This document shows, one piece after another, positions 49,737-59,018 of a DNA stretch of 64,000 bases. The stretch lies in the IMG/VR virus record IMGVR_UViG_3300027976_003475. One strand, written 5' to 3'. The notes beneath the pieces are model-generated. The model was not told the origin of the DNA, made no database searches, and was given only the letters and a program-made list of their open reading frames with translations. The DNA is from a virus. The translations under genes were made by a program, and so were the position numbers. Position 1 is the stretch's first letter. Every line of letters begins with the position of its first letter.

Positions 49737-50563
49737 CGCAGCTCCGCGAACTCCGCGAGCGCCGACGCCGGGATGGTGTCGAGCGCCGCAAGCCGGGCCT
49801 CGCCGTCAGGCCCGCGGTAGCTCTCCGCGCTTTGGTACTGACGCCAGTACGGGCACCCTGCGCCTTGCTGCGCGCCGCGCAGTCGATCCGCGAGGCGTCC
49901 GTTGCCGGGCGTCGTCGCGTCGGGCTCATCGGTCGCGAGGTACACGTCGCAGAACGCCTCCGCGTCCCGGTTGGTGGTGACCACCGTGGCGCGGCCATCG
50001 TTGTACCGGGCCAGGAGCAACGGCCCGCAACGGCCCGCCACGCGCGACGTCGCGCGGCCGTCGCGCTCGGCGCCAACGTCGTCGAGAATCAGCAAATCGA
50101 CGCGGCGCCAGCGGTCGCGCGCGTCCACATGCGTCGACCAGTCGGTGTCGGGGACCGCGCCCAACTCCTCCGCCGTCAGGAATTGTGCATCCCGAGGCCA
50201 CCGCGCCGCGATCCAAGCGCCCGCCGTGCTTTTCCCGCAGCCGGGCGGGCCCTGGAGGATCAGCACCATCCCCGGCGACTCCCCCGTGGGCAGTCGACGC
50301 CCGCGGCGCCACCGCAGGGCGTCCAGGGCGTCCAGCAAGGGCGCCGTGGCAGCCGCCGCGTCCCGACGGACTGCGGCGCGTACGCAAGCGTCGCGGGGCA
50401 CGCCTCGGGCTTGCAGCGCCACCTCGAGTCGCGCCGCCCGTTGTTCGGCGTCGTGACGCACGCGCCGCAGGGCGCGCGCCTCCGGGTCAAGCTCTCGCAG
50501 CCGGGCCAGGGTGACGTCGAGCAGGCTTCCCACCGGCGCCGCGGGGCGGGGGCGCTCCGTCAC
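49733..50563 (-). CDS. DnaC/IstB-like AAA+ helicase loader
   Basis: GPPGCGKST, LLILDDVG, VVTTN; downstream of the rep-like gene. Confidence 0.85.
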   Translation of the reverse strand: MTERPRPAAPVGSLLDVTLARLRELDPEARALRRVRHDAEQRAARLEVALQARGVPRDACVRAAVRRDAAAATAPLLDALDALRWRRGRRLPTGESPGMVLILQGPPGCGKSTAGAWIAARWPRDAQFLTAEELGAVPDTDWSTHVDARDRWRRVDLLILDDVGAERDGRATSRVAGRCGPLLLARYNDGRATVVTTNRDAEAFCDVYLATDEPDATTPGNGRLADRLRGAQQGAGCPYWRQYQSAESYRGPDGEARLAALDTIPASALAEFAELR

Positions 50564-50925
50564 AGCGCCTCGGACGCGGCAACGGTCAAGCGCAAGCTCT
50601 CCTCCGCGGCCCGTAGGGCCTTGCTCCGGCTCTCGAACTCGCGCTCAAACTCCCGCAGCGCGCGACCCGCGGCACTGGCGCTGGTGCAATCCCACTCCGC
50701 CCGCTCCACCGCCCACCGCGCCACGCGCACGGCCTCCGTCGCGCGCCACACTTTCCACGCCGCTTGGGGCTTGGAGCCGTCGCGCGACGAACCCGCGCAC
50801 AGTCCAGAGCGACCGGCGCCGATCGTCCAGCGATGCACGGGCAGCAGGCCGTCGCGGCGCAATGTCACCGTCGCGGCGCACTCGGGACAGATAGCGAAGC
50901 CCCTGATCTTTGCCGTAATCGTCAT
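50560..50925 (-). CDS. Small Zn-finger hypothetical protein
   Basis: CPEC..LLPVH..C. Confidence 0.55.
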   Translation of the reverse strand: MTITAKIRGFAICPECAATVTLRRDGLLPVHRWTIGAGRSGLCAGSSRDGSKPQAAWKVWRATEAVRVARWAVERAEWDCTSASAAGRALREFEREFESRSKALRAAEESLRLTVAASEAL

Positions 50926-52286
50926 CGTCTGCCTCTACCCTTTGCAAGCGGGTCCAGCGCTACAACGCGGACGCCCGCGGCGAGATTCACGCTGCGCGCC
51001 ACTACCACGTCGATTTCGTCCGGGGAACGCGCGGGCGCAGGCTCCGTTGGTGTGGTCCGGGTCGCCCACGCGCCGGAGCGCACCATGGCGTCGGCCAGGG
51101 CATCGGACGCAGCCCACGCAGGCCCGAGCACGCCGCGGTACGCATCGCCCCCCTGCGCGAGCCACGCGCCGAGCGTGCGCCACTGCGGGAGCGTCCCAAA
51201 CGCGCGCACATGCCCTTCGACGCGCACCAGCACCGACCGCGGCCACTGCGCGTCGGACCCGGCCACAAAGCGCCCTTTGCTCGTCGACTCGATCGCCCCG
51301 AGCGCGTCGGCCACGCCAAACGGGGGCTCCGCCCGTCGCACCCCGCCGGTCGTCCTCCGCCTTGGCTGCTCCGCCCCTCCGATCGTCGGGACACCCGGCA
51401 GGGTGGGCTGCCCCCCTCGCTCACCCTTACTAGAAAATCCGGGGGGCGCCGCAGGCGTCCCCCCGAAGGTGTCGGGTGCCTCGGTGTATTTGGTAGGGGA
51501 GGGTAGGGTAGGGGAGGTAGGGAGCGCGCTGGTTTGGGCAACGGGTGTCGTGTGATTCCGTACACTTGGGCCGATGGGTCGGGGTGACGTCGGGGTGACG
51601 TCGGGGGCGGGTCGGGGTGACGTCGGGGTGACGTCGGGGGCGGGTCGGGGTGACGTCCCGCGCGCCGCGCGTCGCTCGACGCGGGCCTGCGCGGTCTCAA
51701 AGTTCCGCACCCTCAGCGCGCTGTCCGCGAGCAGGAACCCGTCCATCACCAGCGCCCGGAGCCCCGCGAGGATGCGCCGCCGCGTGGCGCCGCGGGAGGG
51801 GTCTCGATGCTGCGCGGTCGCGACGTCGGCGTGATGACGCGCGTAGGACTCGACGCTGCCCACCCACACCACGCCGCGGTCGTCGGCGGTGCGGATCATC
51901 TCCGCGGCGAGGAATCGGGCCCACGCAGGGAGGTGCGTGAACTCCGGGGGCTCGGTCGCGTAGAGACGGCGGGAGGGTTCTCGGGTGCGCTGCCAGGAGG
52001 AAAAGTCCGCGAGCGTGAGGGCCCCGCCCTCTAGCCGGATGCCGGGCCGCGCGAGCACCCGCGGCACCAGTTCGGAAAACGCTCTCCGCTCCAGCGGGTG
52101 AACCGCGCACGCCATCACCAGGGCGCGGAAGGGGGGCGTGCTCCCGATGGCAAGCGCTCCTGTTCGCGGGTCGACCAGCTTCGTCAAATATGCGATCAGG
52201 GCCCGCTCTTCATAACCGGCCCCGCGCAATACGCCCAGCGGTTCGCGCGGAACCCAGCAATACCTCTCGTGGCGAAAGTTCAGCAT
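50922..52286 (-). CDS. Putative replication initiator
   Basis: Upstream of the DnaC-like gene; N-terminal HTH-like region, internal DNA repeats, low-complexity linker; GGAGG RBS. Confidence 0.6.
   Translation of the reverse strand: MLNFRHERYCWVPREPLGVLRGAGYEERALIAYLTKLVDPRTGALAIGSTPPFRALVMACAVHPLERRAFSELVPRVLARPGIRLEGGALTLADFSSWQRTREPSRRLYATEPPEFTHLPAWARFLAAEMIRTADDRGVVWVGSVESYARHHADVATAQHRDPSRGATRRRILAGLRALVMDGFLLADSALRVRNFETAQARVERRAARGTSPRPAPDVTPTSPRPAPDVTPTSPRPIGPSVRNHTTPVAQTSALPTSPTLPSPTKYTEAPDTFGGTPAAPPGFSSKGERGGQPTLPGVPTIGGAEQPRRRTTGGVRRAEPPFGVADALGAIESTSKGRFVAGSDAQWPRSVLVRVEGHVRAFGTLPQWRTLGAWLAQGGDAYRGVLGPAWAASDALADAMVRSGAWATRTTPTEPAPARSPDEIDVVVARSVNLAAGVRVVALDPLAKGRGRR
51581..51657. 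repeat. Iteron-like 11-bp array inside the rep gene (GGGGTGACGTC x5, GGGGGCGGGTC x2)
   Basis: Seven consecutive 11-bp units. Confidence 0.85.
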
Positions 52287-52296
52287 GGCCCTCCTG

Positions 52297-52333
52297 TATT
52301 GCGACGTTATGCAATAGCTATTGCGACGTCAAT
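52297..52333. promoter_or_regulatory. Operator-like site between the divergent rep and RHH-like genes
   Basis: TATTGCGACGT twice, 22 bp apart; perfect palindrome GCAATAGCTATTGC at 52311-52324. Confidence 0.65.
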
Positions 52334-52349
52334 GTTTTACGCTCTGCCC

Positions 52350-52619
52350 ATGCCAGCCCAAGCCCGCAAGCCCGCAAACCGTGTCCCTAAAGCGTTTCGG
52401 ATCAGCGCGACGGTCGAGCGCGACCTGCGGAGGTTCGCGCGGCGGTTCACGAAGGGCGACCCGACGGGGCGCGTGTGGACGCAAACCGACGTCGTGGAGC
52501 TTGCGCTCATCCAGGCGGCGAAGGCGTGGCACGCTGGCGCGACCCCGTGGGCTGCGGAACACGCGGAGGTGTATCCCGCCGTCCGCACCGAACCGTCAAG
52601 GCAGGGCGTGGCGCGATGA
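52350..52619 (+). CDS. Small RHH-like DNA-binding protein
   Basis: KAFRISATVERDL..TQTDVVELAL. Confidence 0.5.
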   Translation: MPAQARKPANRVPKAFRISATVERDLRRFARRFTKGDPTGRVWTQTDVVELALIQAAKAWHAGATPWAAEHAEVYPAVRTEPSRQGVAR

Positions 52620-53182
52620 CGCCCGTCGGCATCACCCGCCTCCGCGAGCTCTCGGTCGTCGAGCCGGGGCGCACCGGCGGGGTGCTGATCGACGGCGCCC
52701 TGCTGCGCGAGATGGCGGCCGAGCTCATCGCGGCGCGGACGTCGAGGGCGGCGCTGGACGACGCCGTGCGCGAGCGGGATCTGGCGCTGGCGCAGGCCGC
52801 GTCCGCGGCGCCGTGCGTCGACGCGATGCAGGAGATTCAGACGCGGCTCGTCGGCGGGGGCGCGGCGATCCTGTGCGGCGCCGTGGTGGCAGCCGTGGAC
52901 ACGCTGATGCTGGCGCGCGACACGCTGGCCGTCGCCTGGCGCGAGCAGGAGGCGGCGCGAGTAGTCTCGACGTGGGCGCTCATCGACGAGATCGTGAGGG
53001 AGCGCGACCACTACCGCGAGCGGGCGACGACGCACGCGGAGCGGCTGCGGTCGTTGGAGGGCACCTGCGCGTCGGCGATGCGTCAGGGGCTCGATGCCTG
53101 CCACCGGCTGCGGGTGCGTGCGGCGTGGCTGGAGCGCCGATGGCGGGAGGAAGCCGCCGACCCGTCGCGCGGGGTGCCGTGA
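52616..53182 (+). CDS. Coiled-coil hypothetical protein
   Basis: ATGA overlap. Confidence 0.6.
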   Translation: MTPVGITRLRELSVVEPGRTGGVLIDGALLREMAAELIAARTSRAALDDAVRERDLALAQAASAAPCVDAMQEIQTRLVGGGAAILCGAVVAAVDTLMLARDTLAVAWREQEAARVVSTWALIDEIVRERDHYRERATTHAERLRSLEGTCASAMRQGLDACHRLRVRAAWLERRWREEAADPSRGVP

Positions 53183-53213
53183 ACACCTGCGAACACGCGC
53201 CCCGGCGGGCGCG

Positions 53214-53501
53214 ATGATGGGCGTTCGGTATGGTCAGTGGTGTGTGCGCGTCACCCACCGGGCGACGGGGTTGTCCGTCGCGCTCTGGCGGACTTTGGGC
53301 ACCGGCTCAAGCGCCACGATGCAGAACCTCCGCGCTGATGCCTTCCGCTTGCTTCGCGCTCGGCTCTGGCAGCGCCGCCATCGGTGCGGGCCGCCGCCGA
53401 TCGTTCGCACCTACGACCTGACCGGGGAGGACCGCGAGCGTGTCGCGGTGTTCCTCGACGGGGAAGGCGCGTTTGAGGGGGTGGTTGCCGCCGGTGAATA
53501 G
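53214..53501 (+). CDS. Class-I release-factor C-terminal-like protein lacking GGQ
   Basis: VRVTHRATGLSV, QNLRADAFRLLRARLW, IVRTYDL and VFLDGE parallel RF1/RF2 motifs. Confidence 0.6.
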   Translation: MMGVRYGQWCVRVTHRATGLSVALWRTLGTGSSATMQNLRADAFRLLRARLWQRRHRCGPPPIVRTYDLTGEDRERVAVFLDGEGAFEGVVAAGE

Positions 53502-53528
53502 CCCCGCGGCCGACCCGTCAGACGGTAC

Positions 53529-54044
53529 ATGAGCAATGCCGTCCGCAAGCTGACCGGCGCCGTCTCGCGTTATGCACCGATCGTCTCCGCCGACATTACG
53601 GCCGCGCCGCCGCAGCGGTCGCGGACGCCCTACCGTCGCCGCGTTGGCGTGCGGTCGAGTACGTTGTCGATCCGCGACCTACGGAGCCTCGCGCGCGACC
53701 CCCAGGAGGCATCGCCCGAGGAGGTCGAGGCCAATGAGTCGCTCCGCCCGAGGACGCGCGCCGCGTGCGAGCACGCAATCAGGCCGTGCCCGTGGGTGGG
53801 TTGTAAATTCAACCTGTACCTCGACGTAAACACCGCGGGAGGGCTGAAATTGAACTGGCCCGAGATTGAGCCCTTGGACATGGACCCGTCGGCATCCTGC
53901 GTGCTCGACATTGCGAAGCGCGGAGCCATGAAGCTGATTTCCATCGGGCGTATGATGAACCTGACGCGCGAGCGGGTGCGCCAACTCGAAGACATCGCCC
54001 TCGCGCGAGCGCGCTCGACCACGGAGAGCCTCGACGTGTTGTGA
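53529..54044 (+). CDS. Sigma-70 region-4 HTH protein with Cys-rich N-domain (myxobacterial-type family)
   Basis: RPRTRAAC..RPCPWVGCKFNLYLDV..CVLD..IGRMMNLTRERVRQLE. Confidence 0.75.
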   Translation: MSNAVRKLTGAVSRYAPIVSADITAAPPQRSRTPYRRRVGVRSSTLSIRDLRSLARDPQEASPEEVEANESLRPRTRAACEHAIRPCPWVGCKFNLYLDVNTAGGLKLNWPEIEPLDMDPSASCVLDIAKRGAMKLISIGRMMNLTRERVRQLEDIALARARSTTESLDVL

Positions 54045-54073
54045 ACTGCTCGGCTGGCGTGCGACTATGCGCC

Positions 54074-56404
54074 ATGCACGCCGTGGAGCTTCACTCCCCC
54101 TTCGACCCCCGCACCCTCCGCTCCGGTCTCTACCGCGCGTCCAGCGCCTCGCCCGCGTACGCGCAGCTTCACGCGCTGTGTGTGCTCGGGAGGGGGCGGG
54201 TGGTGGCGCAGCGCCATTTCGGCGGCGGCGTCAAGAGCATCGTGTGCGAGCTCCGCGCGCCGAAGCGCAACAACGACGGCGCGGGGCAGATCACCCTGGA
54301 CCCGGATTTCTTCCAGGGCGCGCTGAAGGACTATCACCAGTGGGAGGTGAAGTGGTGGCGCGAGGCCATCCAGAACGCGGTCGACGCGGGCGCGAAGAGC
54401 GTGCACTGCTCCGTGCTGAAACTGCCCGACGGCACGGTGCAGGTGCGGTGCGACGACGACGGCCGCGGGATGGATCGCGACACCCTCATCACGAAGTTCC
54501 TGCGCCTGGGCGCGAGCGGAAAGAAGGCCGACGCCGGGGCCGCGGGCGGGTTCGGCAAGGCCAAGGAAATGCTCCTGCTCCCGTGGCTCCAGTGGAGCGT
54601 CACGACGCGCACGACGCACGTCGTCGGGGCGGGGCTTCGGTACGAGACGACGGCCGTGTCCGAGCGCAAGGGGACGCGCCTGGAGGTGGTGATGCCTGCC
54701 GACAACTGCACGCGCATCCAACTCGCGATGGCCTTCGTCGCGCGCTGCAACCTCCCGCACGTCCGCTTCTACTTCCACGGCGACGGGACGGAACTCGCCG
54801 GGACGCAGGCCGCCGCGAAGCCCGGCAAGCTGATCCGCGAGATTCCCGGCAAGGCCAAGCTGTATTTCGCCAAGGGTGCCGAGTCGGAGCTGTCGATTCG
54901 CACCGGGGGCCTGTGGATGTTCAACCGCTACCTGCCCAGCGCGGTGCAGGGTCGGGTGACGGCAGAGCTCATCGGGCGCTCCATCGACCTGCTCACTGCG
55001 AACCGAGACAGCTTCCGCGACTACGACCTTGCGCGCGGGATCGAAGCCCTCGCGGCGGAGATCGCGGCCGACGTGAAAAGCGCGACCAAGGAGCGCGACA
55101 AGAGCCGCAAGGTGTACCGCGGCACGGGGAAGTTTAGCCCCCGCGCGGCGAAGGAACTGGAGGCTAGCCTTGCCGTGGCGTCGGCTGGCGCGATGGAACT
55201 CGCCAGCAAGATCAGCACGGGCAGCGGTGCCTCGGTGCAGCTCGACGCGCAGACGGTCACCCGGATGGGCGACGTCCTGCTGCACGACGGGGGCGCGGGC
55301 GAGGCCGTCGTGACGGACGGAGAACTCCGCGTGGGTGGCAGCCCGGCGGCGGCGGCGGTCGTGGTGTTGTCCGTGACGCCGGTGCTCGGCCAGGAGCACC
55401 TTGAGCGGATTATGAAGCAACTGGCGTGGAGCCCGGACTTCTACGTCGTGAACAATCTTGAGGGGTGGAAGCCCCCGCCGGGCCTCCTGCCGGAGCGCAT
55501 GAACCGCAAGGCGCTCGCGCTCGCGAAGGCGTGGACAGAGCTCTGTCGCTACGTCCTCATCATGCTCAACTCGTCGGCGGAGTTCGGGGTGGGGTGGGTT
55601 TTCGACGACGACACCGGCGCGGGCTATCTGCGGGAGCACGGGCAGCACTGGCTCATGCTCAACCCGTCCGCGGACAAGGCCGATCGCGCCAAGCTGTTCG
55701 ACCCGCAGATCCCGGCTCATCTGAACTGGCTCGTCGCGTGCGCCGTGCACGAGGCGACGCACATGGCGAACGGGATCGACCTGCACAACGAGGCATTCTC
55801 GTCCGCGCTCACCGCGAACATGGCGACGTGCGCGGGCATTTGGGCGATCGCGCCGTTGCTGGTGCAGGCCATCTTTGGCGGCGCCGACGTCCAGCAGGCG
55901 CGGGCGCTCGCGGTGGGCCTCGGGGGCAAGGCCGCTGCGCCCCGCAAGGATCGCGTGGTGGAGCGGATCGTCGAGAAGCCCGTTTTTGTGGATCGCGTGG
56001 TGGAGCGGATCGTCGAGAGGCCCGCCTCGTTGTGGGACGCGGGCATCGCGTCGTCGGGGGCGGCGCGCGAGCTCCGGCTCACCGCGCCGGAGCGGCAGCC
56101 GGGACGTGCACAGCCGCAACTCGGGCTGAAGTTCAACGGCTTGTCGAAGCCCCGCAAGCGTAACGCCGGTGACGCGGGCGATGCTCGACGGGGCCTTGGC
56201 GGTACATGGGCGCGGGCCGACCACACGGCCCACGTTCGACGGCTGTACGAGGAGGCGTTCCGGGCCGATCCGTACTTCATGGAGGAGGTGACGGAGGCCG
56301 TCACGGGGTCGCCCGTGTTCGTGTGGGACAACCTCACGCTGAATCAGACGCGCGCGCTCGGTCGCTCGGCGTACATTGTCGTACTCCAGGCGAGGGGGGG
56401 CTAG
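54074..56404 (+). CDS. GHKL (HSP90/MORC-like) ATPase fused to a HExxH zincin-like domain
   Basis: REAIQNAVDA, DDDGRGM, GGFGKAK; VHEATH..HNEAF; KRN motifs flank the core. Confidence 0.8.
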   Translation: MHAVELHSPFDPRTLRSGLYRASSASPAYAQLHALCVLGRGRVVAQRHFGGGVKSIVCELRAPKRNNDGAGQITLDPDFFQGALKDYHQWEVKWWREAIQNAVDAGAKSVHCSVLKLPDGTVQVRCDDDGRGMDRDTLITKFLRLGASGKKADAGAAGGFGKAKEMLLLPWLQWSVTTRTTHVVGAGLRYETTAVSERKGTRLEVVMPADNCTRIQLAMAFVARCNLPHVRFYFHGDGTELAGTQAAAKPGKLIREIPGKAKLYFAKGAESELSIRTGGLWMFNRYLPSAVQGRVTAELIGRSIDLLTANRDSFRDYDLARGIEALAAEIAADVKSATKERDKSRKVYRGTGKFSPRAAKELEASLAVASAGAMELASKISTGSGASVQLDAQTVTRMGDVLLHDGGAGEAVVTDGELRVGGSPAAAAVVVLSVTPVLGQEHLERIMKQLAWSPDFYVVNNLEGWKPPPGLLPERMNRKALALAKAWTELCRYVLIMLNSSAEFGVGWVFDDDTGAGYLREHGQHWLMLNPSADKADRAKLFDPQIPAHLNWLVACAVHEATHMANGIDLHNEAFSSALTANMATCAGIWAIAPLLVQAIFGGADVQQARALAVGLGGKAAAPRKDRVVERIVEKPVFVDRVVERIVERPASLWDAGIASSGAARELRLTAPERQPGRAQPQLGLKFNGLSKPRKRNAGDAGDARRGLGGTWARADHTAHVRRLYEEAFRADPYFMEEVTEAVTGSPVFVWDNLTLNQTRALGRSAYIVVLQARGG

Positions 56405-56640
56405 GCGTCGCTTTCCTTCCGATCGACCATCCACCGGCACCCGGCGCAGCGGTACTGCACCCACGCGCCGGGCGCCAGGGAGTCACCGTGCTGACGCGCG
56501 TCGGTCGTCCGGGTGAGGTCGCCGCGGCACTGCGGGCAGCGCCTCGCGTCGCACGCCGCCTCCTGCTCCCGGCTCCACTTTTCGACGGTAGCGCGCACCT
56601 CGTCGGGGACGTCGGTCCACTTGTCGCGGTCGACGCTCAC
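56401..56640 (-). CDS. Small Zn-ribbon protein
   Basis: CPQC..YRCAGC. Confidence 0.6.
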   Translation of the reverse strand: MSVDRDKWTDVPDEVRATVEKWSREQEAACDARRCPQCRGDLTRTTDARQHGDSLAPGAWVQYRCAGCRWMVDRKESDA

Positions 56641-57038
56641 AGGTCACCGCCAGCCGCCGAAGGGCCCCGCCACCGCTCCGCCCTTGCCCGGAGGTCGACC
56701 ACCACAGCCCGCAGTAGGTCTCCGCGGAGGTCGCCCGCGGCGAGCGCGGCGGCGGTGCGCTCGTAATCGTCGGCGGTGTCCGCAAGCGTCCCGAGCGCAG
56801 CCTTCCACACGTCCCCGTGCATCGGGAGCGGGCCGTAGTCGTCGGACGTGGCGAGCGAGCAGCCCGGCTTGTGCTGGGACGCGCGAGGCCCCGCGAACTC
56901 CTCGCGCAAGATGGATGCCCCGCACTCGCGGCAGCTTGACCGCGCCGTGACATGCGCGATGTCACAGGCACGGCAGCGCCAGCCGGGGCATCCCGCAGAG
57001 TCGGGTTCGTTGCAGTCGATGCACGTCGGCAGACTCAT
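56637..57038 (-). CDS. Cys-rich hypothetical protein
   Basis: CIDC, CRAC, CREC; ATGA overlap. Confidence 0.55.
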   Translation of the reverse strand: MSLPTCIDCNEPDSAGCPGWRCRACDIAHVTARSSCRECGASILREEFAGPRASQHKPGCSLATSDDYGPLPMHGDVWKAALGTLADTADDYERTAAALAAGDLRGDLLRAVVVDLRARAERWRGPSAAGGDL

Positions 57039-57955
57039 CGCGCGGCGCGCAGCTCGCGGAGGGTGTTGGGCCCGATCACCCCATCGGCCGTAAGGCCGTG
57101 CGCCGTCTGGAACGCTTCGACGGCGAGGGGCCCGTGGCCGTGCGCCGCCCGGAGCTTGCGCGCCAACTGGAGCGCCTCCAAAGCCTCGGGCGACCACGAC
57201 CCCGGACATGCCCACAGTCGCGCCGTAGGGGCCTCGCAGAGCCCCCACACCAGCGCGCCCACGTCATGCCCCCATCCCTGGAGGTACGCGCTCCAGCAAG
57301 GCCCGCCGGGCACCTTGTCGGTGGGCACACCACCCATCAGCGCGAGGGCCTCCCACCGGCCCCGTGAGGTCGCGATGCGGCGCTCAAGGTCGCGCTGTCG
57401 CGCGACACGCCCCGCCTGCGCCGGGTAGTGCTGGGGAGCGTGCAGGTCGACCCGGGTCAGAATGGGCTGCCAGGGCAGCCGGAATCCAGGCATGTCGTGC
57501 GACGTCCACGACACCGCGCAGCGGTCCTTGAGCACGTCGTGCGTGGCGTCGAGCAAGGCCGTCGCGAGCTCGATCAGCCGATGACGCTCGGGGATGTCCG
57601 CGACCGCGCTCGTCCAATCGCCAGACGGTGCGCCGTCGGAGGCGCCCTCGCCGTTCACCTCGAACACCTCCGCGCCCATGTCGAGGGCCACGGCCGCGCA
57701 CCGCCGTACCTCCGCCACGGCCACCGCGCGCCCGCGCTCGCGACCCAAACGCGAGAGGTAGTTTCCTGGGATCGCGAGCCACACGCGCGCGCTCGGATTG
57801 ATCCGCCGCACGGCCTCGGCGCTCCGCGCGTCCGTGGCGTCGGCGGCGGTGTGCAGCGTCACCGTGTCGCACGCGCGGAGCACGGCCTCGTGGGCTTCGA
57901 GGTCGCGCGGAAGTTTGCCGTAGAACGTCGCGCCGACGCCGGGCGCGGGCCTCAT
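57035..57955 (-). CDS. Putative endolysin (glycoside-hydrolase-like barrel + PG-binding domain)
   Basis: C-terminal VEAFQTAHGLTADGVIGPNT; EVNGE and APQHY motifs. Confidence 0.65.
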   Translation of the reverse strand: MRPAPGVGATFYGKLPRDLEAHEAVLRACDTVTLHTAADATDARSAEAVRRINPSARVWLAIPGNYLSRLGRERGRAVAVAEVRRCAAVALDMGAEVFEVNGEGASDGAPSGDWTSAVADIPERHRLIELATALLDATHDVLKDRCAVSWTSHDMPGFRLPWQPILTRVDLHAPQHYPAQAGRVARQRDLERRIATSRGRWEALALMGGVPTDKVPGGPCWSAYLQGWGHDVGALVWGLCEAPTARLWACPGSWSPEALEALQLARKLRAAHGHGPLAVEAFQTAHGLTADGVIGPNTLRELRAAR

Positions 57956-58575
57956 CGAATCTCCACCACGATCGCGGCCGGGTCGGTGCGTCGCAGGAAG
58001 GCGTACGCCTCGATCGCCGCCGAAATCGGCGGGCAGAGGCCCGCGTTGATCGTCGCGACGTGCGACCGCACGATGCGTCGCGCGAAATCAACCTCCGGCG
58101 GCGCGAGGTGGTACGGGCCCGACGTCAGCCGGGCGGCGGCCTCGTCTTCGGTCACCGGGATGCCCGTCACGAGGTAGCGCGCGAAGAGCCCCGCCGCGTA
58201 GGCGTCGGCCTCCGCCCGCGCGCGCAGTTCCGGGGAGAGGAGGTAGTCGACCGTGGCTTGCAGCGTGCCGCCGTCCTGCTGCTGCGCGCCGTGCTGCGCC
58301 TCGTGGACGATGGTCTCCACCTCGTCCTCCAGCGTCGCGACGCTGGCCTCGGACAGCGGCACCAGCGGCCCGAGGGTCAGTGATACGGTGTCGAGGTCAG
58401 GCATGGGGATCACCACCCCAAACGTGCGCTGCACGAACGCGGTGGCGGCGTGCAGCGCGTCGGACACGACGCGCAGCCCGAGGCCCGCCGCGGCGTCGCG
58501 CGGGTCGAGGTAGGTCAGGCCGTAGGTCTCCCCGAGGTGGTCGCGCAGCGCGCGAACGGAGACGGCGCCGATCAT
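57952..58575 (-). CDS. HExxH metallopeptidase-like protein
   Basis: TIVHEAQH..RARAEADAY. Confidence 0.6.
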   Translation of the reverse strand: MIGAVSVRALRDHLGETYGLTYLDPRDAAAGLGLRVVSDALHAATAFVQRTFGVVIPMPDLDTVSLTLGPLVPLSEASVATLEDEVETIVHEAQHGAQQQDGGTLQATVDYLLSPELRARAEADAYAAGLFARYLVTGIPVTEDEAAARLTSGPYHLAPPEVDFARRIVRSHVATINAGLCPPISAAIEAYAFLRRTDPAAIVVEIR

Positions 58576-59018
58576 CGCGGCCCCCCGTAGCAGCGTGCCG
58601 TACCCGCGCCGTCGACCACGCACACGCCGCCCACATAGCTGCACGGCCGGTCCCCGGCAGGCTGCCATCGCTGGGACGCGGAGCACACCCGCGGCCGGTC
58701 GTTCTCGCAGCTCATTGAGCCGACGGTGCAGCCCGACACCGGCGGGAGCCGCGGACACCCCGCCGCCGACACGAGCAGGACACCGACCACACCGACCACA
58801 CCGACCACAGAGGTGCGCTCCCCGTGAAGCCGCGGGGTGGGCTCGCTGGGGCTCGCGACCCCCATGCAGGGGGTCGGCGTCGAGCGCTCGACGGCGCATG
58901 GGTTCGCAGGGCGGCGCGCGCGCGCGCTTTGGTTGACGTCGAGGGCGCGCGCAGTGGCGCGATCCATCGCGCGCAACGCCGCATCGATTCGCGGATTGTT
59001 CAGCAGCTTCACGTTCAC
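58572..59018 (-). CDS. Putative Cys-rich lipoprotein/membrane protein (spanin-like position)
   Basis: VVGVLLVSAAGC lipobox-like segment and six further Cys; start uncertain. Confidence 0.45.
   Translation of the reverse strand: MNVKLLNNPRIDAALRAMDRATARALDVNQSARARRPANPCAVERSTPTPCMGVASPSEPTPRLHGERTSVVGVVGVVGVLLVSAAGCPRLPPVSGCTVGSMSCENDRPRVCSASQRWQPAGDRPCSYVGGVCVVDGAGTARCYGGPR

Noticed and set aside
49733-50563. IS21 IstB transposon helper or packaging ATPase
   Set aside because: No IstA transposase or terminal repeats; position after the rep-like gene fits a helicase loader
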